In this document: positions 24,058-36,437 of the stretch, one piece after another | How positions within the stretch are numbered: position 1 is the first letter of the stretch | Layout of the letters: every line of letters begins with the position of its first letter | NCBI RefSeq assembly: GCF_000143415.4 | Contig: NW_003314268.1 | Span: 2,434,494-2,498,493 of the forward strand | DNA from: Selaginella moellendorffii | Taxonomy: Eukaryota; Plantae; Lycopodiophyta | DNA: 64,000 bases | Reading direction: 5' to 3' | Made by a program: the position numbers and the translations under genes | The notes under the pieces: generated by a model | Databases searched by the model: none | What the model was told of the DNA's origin: nothing | Seen by the model: the letters and a program-made list of their open reading frames with translations, nothing else

Positions 24058-26692
24058 GAAAGTTGATGCTGCTACTGCCCGAGTTCAAGGACAAAGGCAA
24101 GGACATGGTTATACTGGTGATATCTACTACTGGGTATATGATGAAGTTGGTTACATTTATCGGCATTGTCATCATTTTCTAAATTGGCAACTTCCATTTC
24201 TTGGGTGGAGACCTTGGCATCAATAATATCCTATTAGTGTTGTTGTAGTGGAAGATCTTGACATCGAGATACTTCTAAGAAATTAGGAGTCACATGAGTA
24301 GTAGAGGATTTTTGCACAAATAAGTTAATAACCCCTCCATCTTTCTTTTTAGAGTATCATCAAGGGGTTCATTTGGCACTAGTTCATCCAGTGTTTACTA
24401 TCTAAGCTTGTTTTTATTATAAAAGGCTTGCTATTATTTTTTCTATATTGGTTGATGTAAGCTTAAGATTATCTTTTATTGCTCAGCATGTTGCCATATA
24501 TTACTATCCATATTTGTGTCATGTGGCAAAGCTAGTTTTCCGTCTTTGTGGCAATAGTTGTACACACACATATGGATGGAATGAGGCAGACTTAGTTATG
24601 TGTGATGATTTTGAGCTTGAGCTACAGTCATTCTAGATGGTGCTAAGTCAAGCTTTTGACCTCATTCTTGGTATAGATTAGTTGCAACGCAATCATGCCA
24701 AATATGACTTTAAGGCTTTTCCCCCTTGCCTCGTATTTCTTTATATATCTTCCATTCCTTTCATTTTTATTCCTTTTTATCCTTTTGCTTTTACCTCTTT
24801 TTCCATCGCTTTCTTTTCCCTATTACTTCCTTCTATATTTCCATCTTATTCCTCTGTTCCCTCTTCTGATCTCTTCAATAGTCTTTGTATTATAACAGTT
24901 AACTGGCTTATGATAGAATATGCTAATCTTTTTTAATTTGACATGTCATTTGAAGGCTAAGATTGCAATATGTCATCCTATTCTAATTGAGGTTGCTCTT
25001 CCAATCAAGGTTTTTATTTGTCATTGATCACCCAAAGATATCAAGATTTCATAAGCAAATGTCAAAAAAATGTTAGAAAAGAGTGTTATTCAAAAATTAC
25101 GAAGTCCTTGGACATATGAACTTTATCTTATGATAAAGCTTAATTGAAGAATTTATTTTTGTATCGACCATCATTTATTAAACGAAGTGATGATCCCAGA
25201 TGTGTATCTTCTTCCTCACACTATTGATTTCTTAGATCCTTTGAGGAGAAATCATTAGTTCACCAAGTTAGATTTTGCTTTTGGGTATTAACAAGTGCCA
25301 ATGGCTAAGGAAAATATTCCCAAACTGCATTTGTATACCATTTAGTTTATATAAATTCTTGGTGATGTCATTTGGTTTAAACAATGCCCTAACAACTTTC
25401 TAGTGAATGATGAACAAGGTTCTTTATGATATGCTAAAGGTGACTACTAACTTCATCAATGATGTCTTGATTCACTCAAAGGGGACATAGGAGGAATATA
25501 TTTATGATATTCATAAGGTGTTGAATAGGTTACGGGAAGTTAAGCAATCAATGTGTGTGTTTGGGTCTAAAGTCACCACCTATATTGTATTTCTCATGAA
25601 GGTTTGCAAATTAATTATAACAAATTTGTGGTTGTTCTTAAGTTCTTTACTCCAAAGTATGTGAATGATATGTAATACTTTTTAGGCAAGGTGCAATATC
25701 TCAATTGTTTCATTAAACATCTTTTTTATTGCAGTGCACCATTGCAAGCATTGCTAAAGTCGTCAATACCATCTTTCATTTAATTTGCAAACTGTGAACG
25801 GGCATTTACAGATCTCAAAGAGTTATTGATGATTCTTTTGATTTTGGCATATCTTAACTACACCCAGCCTTTCATTTTACGTATGGATGCTTCTGATATC
25901 GGTTTTAGAGGTGTGTTGATGTACGAGAGCCCGAGTGTGCTTGGTTAGTGACATCCTATTGCATATATCAACCGTAACAAAGGTGAATTGCTCTATGATA
26001 AAGGAGTGCTTAGTAGTAGTTTAGGATTTTGAGAAACTTCATGATTAAAAGGTGATCATGTTGCCATTACTTCATTATTGAAGCAGAAGAACTTGGTTGG
26101 TTGTACTGTTTGGTGGGTTTTGAAGCTTCAAATATATGATTTTGATATTTTTCATCTCCTAGGGAGTTCTATAGCTGATGTTGATGCCCTTTCTCGAGCT
26201 CCTTTTCTTTCTTGGCTCTCTTCTCATATTTTCTATAAGCTTGTTGTTCCAGCTTTTGTGGATTTTTTGGATGAGGATTCTATACCATCGGTAATTGTTG
26301 TACTTGATGTTCAGTGTCCATAAGGTGTAGAGCAAAATTTACCTTCTCTTAACAAGGTTTGCGAGGCTCAAAAGATTGAGCTATGGATTCGAAGGCTTTG
26401 CAATGGGTTTGAGAATCTTGCATCACTTGCTAATGATTAGTTGTTTTGGCATTTACATTTTTAATATCACCTTAAAGATGGTCTTCTTTATTTTGTGGGG
26501 ATAGATTTTGATTATCATTTATGGTTGGTGGTGCCTTCGCTCTTTATTTCACACTTTCTTCATGCCTACCATGATTCTCTTGTTCTAGGTAGACATATAG
26601 GAATTATCATACAACCAAGAAGCTACACAAATCTTTTTATTAGCTAAAGATGCAACGTGATATTATCCAGTATGTGCATAGTTGTGTTTAAT

Positions 26693-27788
26693 TGTAGCGC
26701 ACGTGGTCTTTACCCTCTATCCTATGGTGATTTACAGTAGGATAACCATGAAGCGGAACCTAAACCCTTTATATGCCACGTATCACATGCCACATGTCCA
26801 AAGAACAGTGCTGCGGAACCCAAGTTTCAGGGCCTTGGGCCACTGAACGAAGGAATAGTGCCAAATTCCTAAGTATGAAGCCAAGGAGCAATGGCACTAG
26901 AGTACAGAACGACTTTTGAATGTACAACCCAAGGAGCGAAAGAATAGGAGTGTGGAGCAATTGGAACAATCCTAGAGCATCCAACATCCCAATGCCAAAA
27001 CTAACACGCAAAACAAAGCCAAACAAAGTTTAGCACTATTTCAGCATACTAGTGGCCTAATGCGAGGATATAGGTATTCCACCAGCTAGCATGGTGTGGA
27101 ACTTGGGCTTAGACCCAAGCTGGACATAAAACAAGCACAAGCATGCAAGTGGGAGTTAGACTATGCTTCAAGTTAGTTGGCTATGCCTGACCTACTGACT
27201 ATCCCTACTATACATTTGGAACCCCCTATATATCCCCCTCCCTGTGAGGAACACTCACTTTGCGTTTTCACCCCAAGCCTCCCTTAGTATCAAAAGGTAG
27301 TTTCTGGGACAAGCTCAAAACTTACTAAATATGGAATATCCCTATATTGCGAATTTGGACACAGGACAAACACCATTGTGTTCAAGGCAATCTCTACATT
27401 CTGTAGATATACCAAATGAGCAAATCTAGACACTTTCCATAAATAGCATTTAGGATTGAAATGAGACTAACACAAAGGTATGATAGCGAAGGTGTTTGGC
27501 AGACACAGTAAGTCATCCAATGATATTGAGGAACTAGTCTCAATATGCGAGGGTTCTTGTCACTAGCCAGTGCAAGATATAATGAAATAGGAACTCCTTA
27601 CTGGGCTAAGTATGCTTAGCTAACAACATGTAGGAATTCCGTCTTTATACTCGTCTGGTTTAAGTACACTCGAAATGCCCAGTTAACTCCACTAGCACAA
27701 AAGGGACTAATAAAGGGTTTAGCAATACCGACCTTTTACCATCGTGGTAGTAAGGAAAAAGTGTCCATAAGGAATAGCCAATAGGTAC
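26693..27788 (-). mobile_element. Older, diverged family B solo LTR inserted in the integrase of element C
   Basis: Begins TGTAGCGCACGTGG (reverse complement of the LTR-B end) and is collinear with LTR-B; the far end lacks ~30 bp. Confidence 0.8.
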
Positions 27789-29916
27789 CAACTCAAGCAA
27801 ATGGGAAATTACAATTGATTTCAACCATCCTTCTGTAGCATGAGGGGGAGTTTTACGAGCTTGGTATTAATGTCGTGAATGTGACTACGGGTGACTTGAT
27901 GGAGCCTTTTCTATGATCAATGATTAACAAGGAGTATGTCATTATTACTTTTGACTACTTGACTCACTAGGAGGAAGTCAGAGCTTTTTTTAGTGCATTT
28001 GCAACTGTTGTTGGATACTTCCTTCTCAATTAAGTGGTATTTCAGCATTTCTGTCTAGAGCAGATTCTTTTAGATAATAGTCTTAAGTTTATGGCTGAGG
28101 CATTTCACATTTTGACATCTTAGTTGGGGATACACCACACTTTCACAAGTGTTTATCATCCACAATCAAATAGTTTGGTGGAATGGTTTATTCAAACCTT
28201 CAAAGGGATAATCTATAATATGACATCCGAGGAATGTTGCAATCCTTACAAGTGGCTACACTCAAACCATTGTACCACTGTAACACTGTCCCTTAGAGAC
28301 ATGTGGGAAACTCATACAAATGCTGAGTATCTGTGAGACATAAATCCCTAAGCCCCAAAGTGGAGCCGAAAGTATGCCATATGGCAGTGGTTAAAGTAGA
28401 ACTTCAACAAGCATAAGATGTTTGGATTAAAAGCTTCGACTCAAAACATTAAAAGCGGGAGTGAAACTCCGAATGAAATGCTCAAGGAATGAGCATAAAG
28501 CGATTGATAAATGAGTCTCTAGAAAGGGACACAAGAAGGACTGACACATGGCAAGTGTCATGGCACATGGAAGTGTTGGGATTGAGTCTAAGATGGAGTT
28601 TGAGAAGGAGTTTGAGATGGAATTAACACGGTGATGAGAGACTGATGTTGTTAGCTTGCACTTGCTAGTGTTGGGACCCCATAATATTGAGACTAGTCCT
28701 TTAATATCATTATATGGTATCTTACCATGTCTATCAAACACCCTTGCAATTATGCCCTATCTATTCCAAATCCATATGCTATTTATGGTAAGTGTCTAGA
28801 TCCACTCAAAAGGCATATTTACTAAATGTAGAGTGTTTTCTAAACCCTATGGTGTTGTGCTTGCTCCCTGATTTGTGATCTAGCACCATTCCATATTTAG
28901 TAAGTTTCATGCTTGTAGTAGGGATAGTGGTTAAAATGCAAGTCCAACCACTTGAGATATTAGTTTAGCTTCCACTAGGCTATATCACTCCTTGTAATAT
29001 ATCTGGTTTCAGTTTAAGCCCAAGCTCTATATTGCTTTAATTGGTGGGGTACCCTCCTCCTCACGTTAGGCCACCAATATGCTGAAATCGTGCTAAACAA
29101 TATATGACATTGTTTTGCATGTAAGTATTGGATATTGAGAGATGGTGCTCGTAAGATTAAGAGTGTACTGGATTCTTGTTTTATAGCCTAACGGGCTTGG
29201 AGTTTTGCTCTAAATTCAGATGTGCTACATTTAGTATCAAAAGAATTATCTCAACGATTCTTATCTAACTTTTGTTGGAAATGCCGACTCAAGTCACATA
29301 TGTAGAGTATTTTCTAGTAGACTTGAAGTAACCTATATAGGATTAGTTGGATTGCACCATTTGGTAAGAATGTTGTGTGTATATTCAATTATTGATAGAG
29401 GCATGCATGCAACTGGTGAGATGGTAAAAAGGAACTGTGCTTATAACATTGAAACCTCTAAATGGGTAAATCAAGAGGAGGAAACTCCTTTTAGAAATGC
29501 TGTGGAAGATGTTAAGGCTTAATCAAAAGAGGAAGAGCCTAATGCTATAGCATTGCAATGTATAGCTCAAGACATTGATATTGAGAATTTGTAAAAGGAA
29601 GTTTGTAAATTGAAAAAGGAGATGAAGAAGAGGAACAATTGCCCCTAGTTGCACGAGTTTCAAAGTTCAAGCCCCTGAAACCACCCAATTTCAAAGGCAT
29701 GCAAGACTATCAAGTTTTGGAAGATTGGGTCTATGATATAGAAAACTATGTCATAGTTGTAACGGGTTTTGACCTTTTATCCTATGTTGATTTACCATAG
29801 GATAACACCACGAAGCGGAACCTAAACCCTCTTTGTGCCACGTGACAGATGCCACATGTCACATGCCACATGTCCATGCCACGTGTCCATAGGAACCCGA
29901 GGTTCAGAGCCTTGGG
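27140..29916. repeat. First copy of a ~2.78 kb near-identical duplication (second copy 33661-36437)
   Basis: Constant 6521 bp offset; identical translated ORFs at 28124/34645 and 28427/34948. Confidence 0.95.
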
Positions 29917-31134
29917 TTGGAAAATCAAGCTCTAAGGAAAATTCCTCATCACTCGAATCAACAATGCCACTTCCACTAACACAAGTGTTAGCGATGTCAA
30001 TGCCCTAACTACACATCTTCTCCATCCAACAATCTACTCTAAATGTTAACGGATCAACCAACAAGCCATAGCAAGTGAATGTTATAACCCTTTTCCAACA
30101 CCTAATGGGCAAACTTAAGGAAACAAGGTACCAACTTAAGCTTAGCATAATGGACCACCATTGAGAATTTAGTCAAAGCTACTACAATGCTACTTCGTGC
30201 AAGTAGACTAGCTTCACTATCAACCACTTTGGGGTTGATCATCATTTAACGAAACAACTTCGTAAACACATTGCTTATTATCACATGGATATGATATAAG
30301 TATCACAATGACTTGATCATCAATCAAACAACACTATGAGCAATGCCCATATCATTACTTCAAAGGTTTATATGGATATCAAGTGCCAACTTGATTCGAC
30401 AAAATACAACATAAATGCCACACCCCATCAATAAAGATTTACAACACTTAACATCACTAACTTTTGTTCATAACACGGATAAGCTCATGCCACTCTCTTT
30501 CCGACCAAACTCAAAACTAATCCAACACCAAGCTACTCAAGGAGCAATAACAAGGTTCCCCGGAAAAGAATTGACCATTGCAACCCAAATCTTCTATAGC
30601 GAGCTTAGACAAAAATGGTATAGCACTTCACTGCTATCCATCCCACAACTCACTATTGTAAGACCACCATCTCCAACATGCATCAAGATAAGAACTCTTG
30701 ATTGCATGATGTGAACACAAGCAATGAGTTAACACTTCGTTGCAAATCATCTCTCCAAGAAGAGAAAATGATTTACATATTTGATCCTCCGTCCTCGATG
30801 ACTCTCTTTTCGGTCTCATCTTTGACCAAACCTCAAGCTTGCTTTCGCACTACCTTCAGTTCAATCCAAGAAAAGTTTATGAGAGAGCACGGCCATGACT
30901 ACTTGAACCAATAGACTAATCCCTATAGTCTTGATTGATCCACTTGTAATCATGCCTAGGAAGGATCTACTAGTGCCGTGCTAACAGCTACAGACTAGCC
31001 TATTTGCCACTCATAGCAAACCTAGGGAAAATTACTTTTTCCCATGGTACATGGAACAACTCATGGAACTACCGATAGGCTTACATTAATCCTGTCAACT
31101 CAAAGTATATCTTTGAATTGCTAATGTGCCTCAC

Positions 31135-32878
31135 TGTAAGCGACTAATTTTTCCATTCTACTTTAGTCACTTAACCACACCTCCGACCACTTGGAGGAGT
31201 CTCATTCACAACCTCCATAAGTCCCATTCAGGACTTGGGGCTTGCTAGCCCCGAGAATGGCATCCATGCCACTCAACCTTTGCACTTGGTCCAAGTGCTC
31301 CACGTGTCCGATCCCATGACCGACACCCAAAGGTACCACAGACATCTCGGCCCGTTACGCTAAGGCCATGCCCATTCACCTTTGCTGCGCAAATGGTCCA
31401 ATACCACTTGCATCACCATCCCGTCTCTCCAAGACTGGGCCATTTGTCTACGAGGGGTCATCCTAGATCCACTCCTTAGCATCCCTAGGATGCCCACAGA
31501 CTGGGGAATCACCTTCCCCAAAGTCCCTTTGTCAGCTCCTACCAAGTCCCTTTCTGCCCCTGGCCGTGTTTGCCAACACTGCCACTGGATCGAGGCCCAC
31601 AGGCCCGACCACTCAGTCCCACGGTCCTCTGGGACTTCCTCACCACACGACTGTGTCCTTGGTCACTACCCCAGAGGACTGCTCCTCTTCCTTTCCACAG
31701 TCTGGGCCTTTGGGATGACATTTCGGAACACCGTGGCCTTACGCGAGCCACCTGGGTACTCTCCCCACCTATCGCCTTTAGGTGCTCTAGCCATGGGCTT
31801 AGAGCGAGGTTCCGTTGAGCCACGCCTGGTATCCAAGTAGGTAGTGCCACCCACACTTGGACTGGGAGCATCGGCCAGTCGATCTCCCGGGGGAACTAGA
31901 GCCGGCTCTTGAACACTTCACCAAGCTACCCCACTTGTCGGTCCGTATTCACTCTAGTCTTGGACTTCCCAGTGGTCAGTTCATCACCCAACACTGGGTC
32001 TGGCCTTCCTGGGCCAAACTGGCCTTTCCTGGCCAAACTGGCTCCACTGCAGTCCTCCCCCTACTATACTTTTGGAGCTCACCAAACCCCCCAGGGTCTG
32101 GGAGACGAACGCTTTGGGCTTTCACCCTCTCAGGCTCCGGACTCGGACTCGTACTCGGATTCGGATTCGGACTCGGACTCGGGCTCGGGCTCGGTTTCGG
32201 CCTCGGGCTCGGTCTCGGTCTCGGTCCCAATCTCGGTCTCGGTCTCGGTCTCGGTCTCAGTCCCGGTCTCGGTCTCGACTTCGGACTCCATCTCGGACTG
32301 CATCTCGGACTCCATCTCGGACTCCATCTCGGGTCCATCTCGGGTCCATCTCGGACTCCATCTCGGACTCCATCTCGGGTCCATCTCGGACTCCATCTCG
32401 GACTCCATTTCGGGTCCATCTCGGACTCCATCTCGGACTCCATTTCGGGTCCATCTCGGGTCCATCTCGGACTCCATCTCGGACTCCATCTTTGACTCCA
32501 TCTCGGGTCCATCTCGGACTCCATCTCGGACTCCATCTCGGACTCCATCTCGGGTCCATCTCGGGTCCATCTCGGACTCCATCTCGGACTCCATTTCGGG
32601 TCCATCTCGGGTCCACCTCGGACTCCACTTCGGACTCCATCTTGGACACTCCCACGTGTCATGTGTTGGTCCTTTTGGGTCCCTTTTTGGAGCCTCGCCT
32701 TTTGCTCGCTTCGTGCTCGTTCCTCGAGCACTTCGTTGGGAGTTCCACTCCCGCTCTTGACTTTTCAAGTCGGAGCTTTTTGTCCAAACGTGTTACGCTC
32801 GTTTGGCTCTCGCTTCGGCCACTACCATGTGGCGCCCTTCTGGCTCCACTTTGGGGCCTAGGGATTTTGTGTCTCACA
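31135..32878 (-). mobile_element. Family A solo LTR with expanded tandem array
   Basis: TGTAAG..CTCACA termini and perfect TSD CTCAC on both sides. Confidence 0.95.
32135..32645. repeat. Minisatellite: (CTCGGA/CTCGGT)n 6-mers, then about 30 units of GGACTCCATCTC / GGGTCCATCTC 11-12-mers
   Basis: Directly visible periodicity; it generates the overlapping low-complexity ORFs in all frames. Confidence 0.95.
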
Positions 32879-33660
32879 CTCACTCACAAGCCCAAGTGCA
32901 AACTCGTGCTACTGGTACACCTCAAATCCATCCTATGAGCCCAAGAGCAAGCTCACATAATTACAGTACAAGAAGGTAATTAAATCCATACCCAATAAAC
33001 GATTGCGAAGCCTTTGCACCCAAACGTGTACCCACTCGGATCATCGTTTTCATCTCTGCGTATGCAATGAGACCAGTTGCCCAATCTCATTGGATAGTAT
33101 CGCTGAGACGTATTCTCTGATACCAAATGTAGCGCACGTGGTTTTGACCCTTTATCCTATTGTGATTTACCATAGGATAACACCACGAAGCGGAACCTAA
33201 ACCCTCTTTGTGCCACGTGACAGATGCCATGTGTCACATGCCACGTGTCTATAGGAACCCAAGGTTCAGGGCCTTGGGCCACTGAACGAACGAATGGTGC
33301 CAAACTCCCAAGTATGGAGCCAAGGAGTGATGGAACCGAACCACAGAGCAACTCCCGAGCATACAGCCCAAGGAGCGAAGGGACAGGGGCCCGGAGTGAC
33401 TTGGAACAATCCTAGAGCAACCAGCATCCCAATGCCAGGACCAACACACAAAACGGAGCCAAACGGAGTCTGGTGCTATTTTGGCATACCGGTGGCCTAA
33501 TGCGAGGACATGGGTACTCCACCAGCTAGCATGGAATGGAACTTGGGCTTAGACCCAAGCCGGACGCAGAACAAGGACAGGCATGCAAGCGGGAGCTAGA
33601 CTATGTTTCAGGTTGGTCGGCCATGCCCAACCTACCCACTATCCCTACTATACATTTGGG

Positions 33661-36437
33661 AGCATGCAAGTGGGAGTTAGACTATGCTTCAAGTTAGTTG
33701 GCTATGCCTGACCTACTGACTATCCCTACTATACATTTGGAACCCCCTATATATCCCCCTCCCTGTGAGGAACACTCACTTTGCATTTTCACCCCAAGCC
33801 TCCCTTAGTATCAAAAATTAGTTTCTGGGACAAGCTCAAAACTTACTAAATATGGAATATCCCTATATTGCGAATTTGGACACAGGACAAACACCATTGT
33901 GTTCAAGGCAATCTCTACATTCTGTAGATATACCAAATGAGCAAATCTAGACACTTTCCATAAATAGCATTTAGGATTGAAATGAGACTAACACAAAGGT
34001 ATGATAGCAAAGGTGTTTGGCAGACACAGTAAGTCATCCAATGATATTGAGGAACTAGTCTCAATATGTGAGGGTTCTTGTCACTAGCCAGTGCAAGATA
34101 TAATGAAATAGGAACTCCTTACTGGGCTAAGTATGCTTAGCTAACAACATGTAGGAATTCCATCTTTATACTCGTCTGGTTTAAGTACACTCGAAATGCC
34201 CAGTTAACTCCACTAGCACAAAAGGGACTAATAAAGGGTTTAGCAATACCGACCTTTTACCATCGTGGTAGTAAGGAAAAAGTGTCCATAAGGAATAGCC
34301 AATAGGTACCAACTCAAGCAAATGGGAAATTACAATTGATTTCAACCATCCTTCTGTAGCATGAGGGGGAGTTTTACGAGCTTGGTATTAATGTCGTGAA
34401 TGTGACTACGGGTGACTTGATGGAGCCTTTTCCATGATCAATGATTAACAATGAGTATGTCATTATTACTTTTGACTACTTGACTCACTAGGAGGAAGTC
34501 AGAGCTTTTTTTAGTGCATTTGCAACTGTTGTTGGATACTTCCTTCTCAATTAAGTGGTATTTCAGCATTTCTGTCTAGAGCAGATTCTTTTAGATAATA
34601 GTCTTAAGTTTATGGCTGAGGCATTTCACATTTTGACATCTTAGTTGGGGATACACCACACTTTCACAAGTGTTTATCATCCACAATCAAATAGTTTGGT
34701 GGAATGGTTTATTCAAACCTTCAAAGGGATAATCTATAATATGACATCCGAGGAATGCTGCAATCCTTACAAGTGGCTACACTCAAACCATTGTACCACT
34801 GTAACACTGTCCCTTAGAGACATGTGGGAAACTCATACAAATGCTGAGTATCTGTGAGACATAAATCCCTAAGCCCCAAAGTGGAGCCGAAAGTATGCCA
34901 TATGGCAGTGGTTAAAGTAGAACTTCAACAAGCATAAGATGTTTGGATTAAAAGCTTCGACTCAAAACATTAAAAGCGGGAGTGAAACTCCGAATGAAAT
35001 GCTCAAGGAATGAGCATAAAGCGATTGATAAATGAGTCTCTAGAAAGGGACACAAGAAGGACTGACACATGGCAAGTGTCATGGCACATGGAAGTGTTGG
35101 GATTGAGTCTAAGATGGAGTTTGAGAAGGAGTTTGAGATGGAATTAACACGGTGATGAGAGACTGATGTTGTTAGCTTGCACTTGCTAGTGTTGGGACCC
35201 CATAATATTGAGACTAGTCCTTTAATATCATTATATGGTATCTTACCATGTCTATCAAACACCCTTGCAATTATGCCCTATCTATTCCAAATCCATATGC
35301 TATTTATGGTAAGTGTCTAGATCCACTCAAAAGGCATATTTACTAAATGTAGAGTGTTTTCTAAACCCTATGGTGTTGTGCTTGCTCCCTGATTTGTGAT
35401 CTAGCACCATTCCATATTTAGTAAGTTTCATGCTTGTAGTAGGGATAGTGGTTAAAATGCAAGTCCAACCACTTGAGATATTAATTTAGCTTCCACTAGG
35501 CTATATCACTCCTTGTTCTATATTTGGCTTGAGTTTAAGCCCAAGCTCTATACTGCTCTAATTGGTGGGGTACCCTCCTCCTCACGTTAGGCCACCAATA
35601 TGCTGAAATCGTGCTAAACAATGTATGACATTGTTTTGCATGTAAGTATTGGATATTGAGAGATGGTGCTCGTAAGATTAAGAGTGTACTGGATTCTTGT
35701 TTTATAGCCTAACGGGCTTGGAGTTTTGCTCTAAATTCAGATGTGCTACATTTAGTATCAAAAGAATTATCTCAACGATTCTTATCTAACTTTTGTTGGA
35801 AATGCCGACTCAAGTCGCATATGTAGAGTATTTTCTAGTAGACTTGAAGTAACCTATATAGGATTAGTTGGATTGCACCATTTGGTAAGAATGTTGTGTG
35901 TATATTCAATTATTGATAGAGGCATGCATGCAACTGGTGAGATGGTAAAAAGGAACTGTGCTTATGACATTGAAACCTATAAATGGGTAAATCAAGAGGA
36001 GGAAACTCCTTTTAGAAATGCTGTGGAAGATGTTAAGGCTTAATCAAAAGAGGAAGAGCCTAATGCTATAGCATTGCAATGTATAGCTCAAGACCTTGAT
36101 ATTGAGAATTTGTAAAAGGAAGTTTGTAAATTGAAAAAGGAGATGAAGAAGAGGAACAATTGCCCCCGGTTGCACGAGTTTCAAAGTTCAAGCCCCTGAA
36201 ACCACCCAATTTCAAAGGCATGCAAGACTATCAAATTTTGGAAGATTGGGTCTATGATATAGAAAACTATGTCATAGTTGTAGTGGGTTTTGACCTTTTA
36301 TCCTATGGTGATTTACCATAGGATAACACCACGAAGCGGAACCTAAACCCTCTTTGTGCCACGTGACAGATGCCACATGTCACATGCCACATGTCCATGC
36401 CACGTGTCCATAGGAACCCGAGGTTCAGGGCCTTGGG
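33661..36437. repeat. Second copy of the 2.78 kb duplication
   Basis: Near-identical to 27140-29916. Confidence 0.95.

Larger units (their letters stand above)
8994..28225 (+). mobile_element. Element C: old, decayed Ty3/gypsy host element (segments 8994-10007, 24063-26692, 27790-28225) with short LTR and tRNA-Ala-like PBS
   Basis: Starts TGTGAGG at 8994 with PBS-like GGTGGAGATG at ~9163. Stop-ridden remnants occur in gypsy order: gag (~9470-9950), Zn knuckle (~24125), protease (~24450), RT (FCIDH ~25160, MSFGLNNA ~25365, FINDVLIHS ~25450), RNase H (DAS ~25885, ADVDALSR ~26175) and integrase (HDS ~26570, YHPQSN ~28155). Confidence 0.75.
29758..33660 (-). mobile_element. Internally deleted family B element
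   Basis: LTR piece 29758-29916; interior 29920-31134 and 32884-33127 is the reverse complement of ~14947-16400; PBS reverse complement CTCTGATACCA at ~33115; partial 5' LTR 33128-33660; left flank ATAGT. Confidence 0.85.

Noticed and set aside
31857-32938. Overlapping 200-290 aa SR/ET/GL-rich ORFs (also at 9978-10598, 22505-23297, 49251-49693)
   Set aside because: They are translations of the stop-free LTR minisatellite, not SR proteins.
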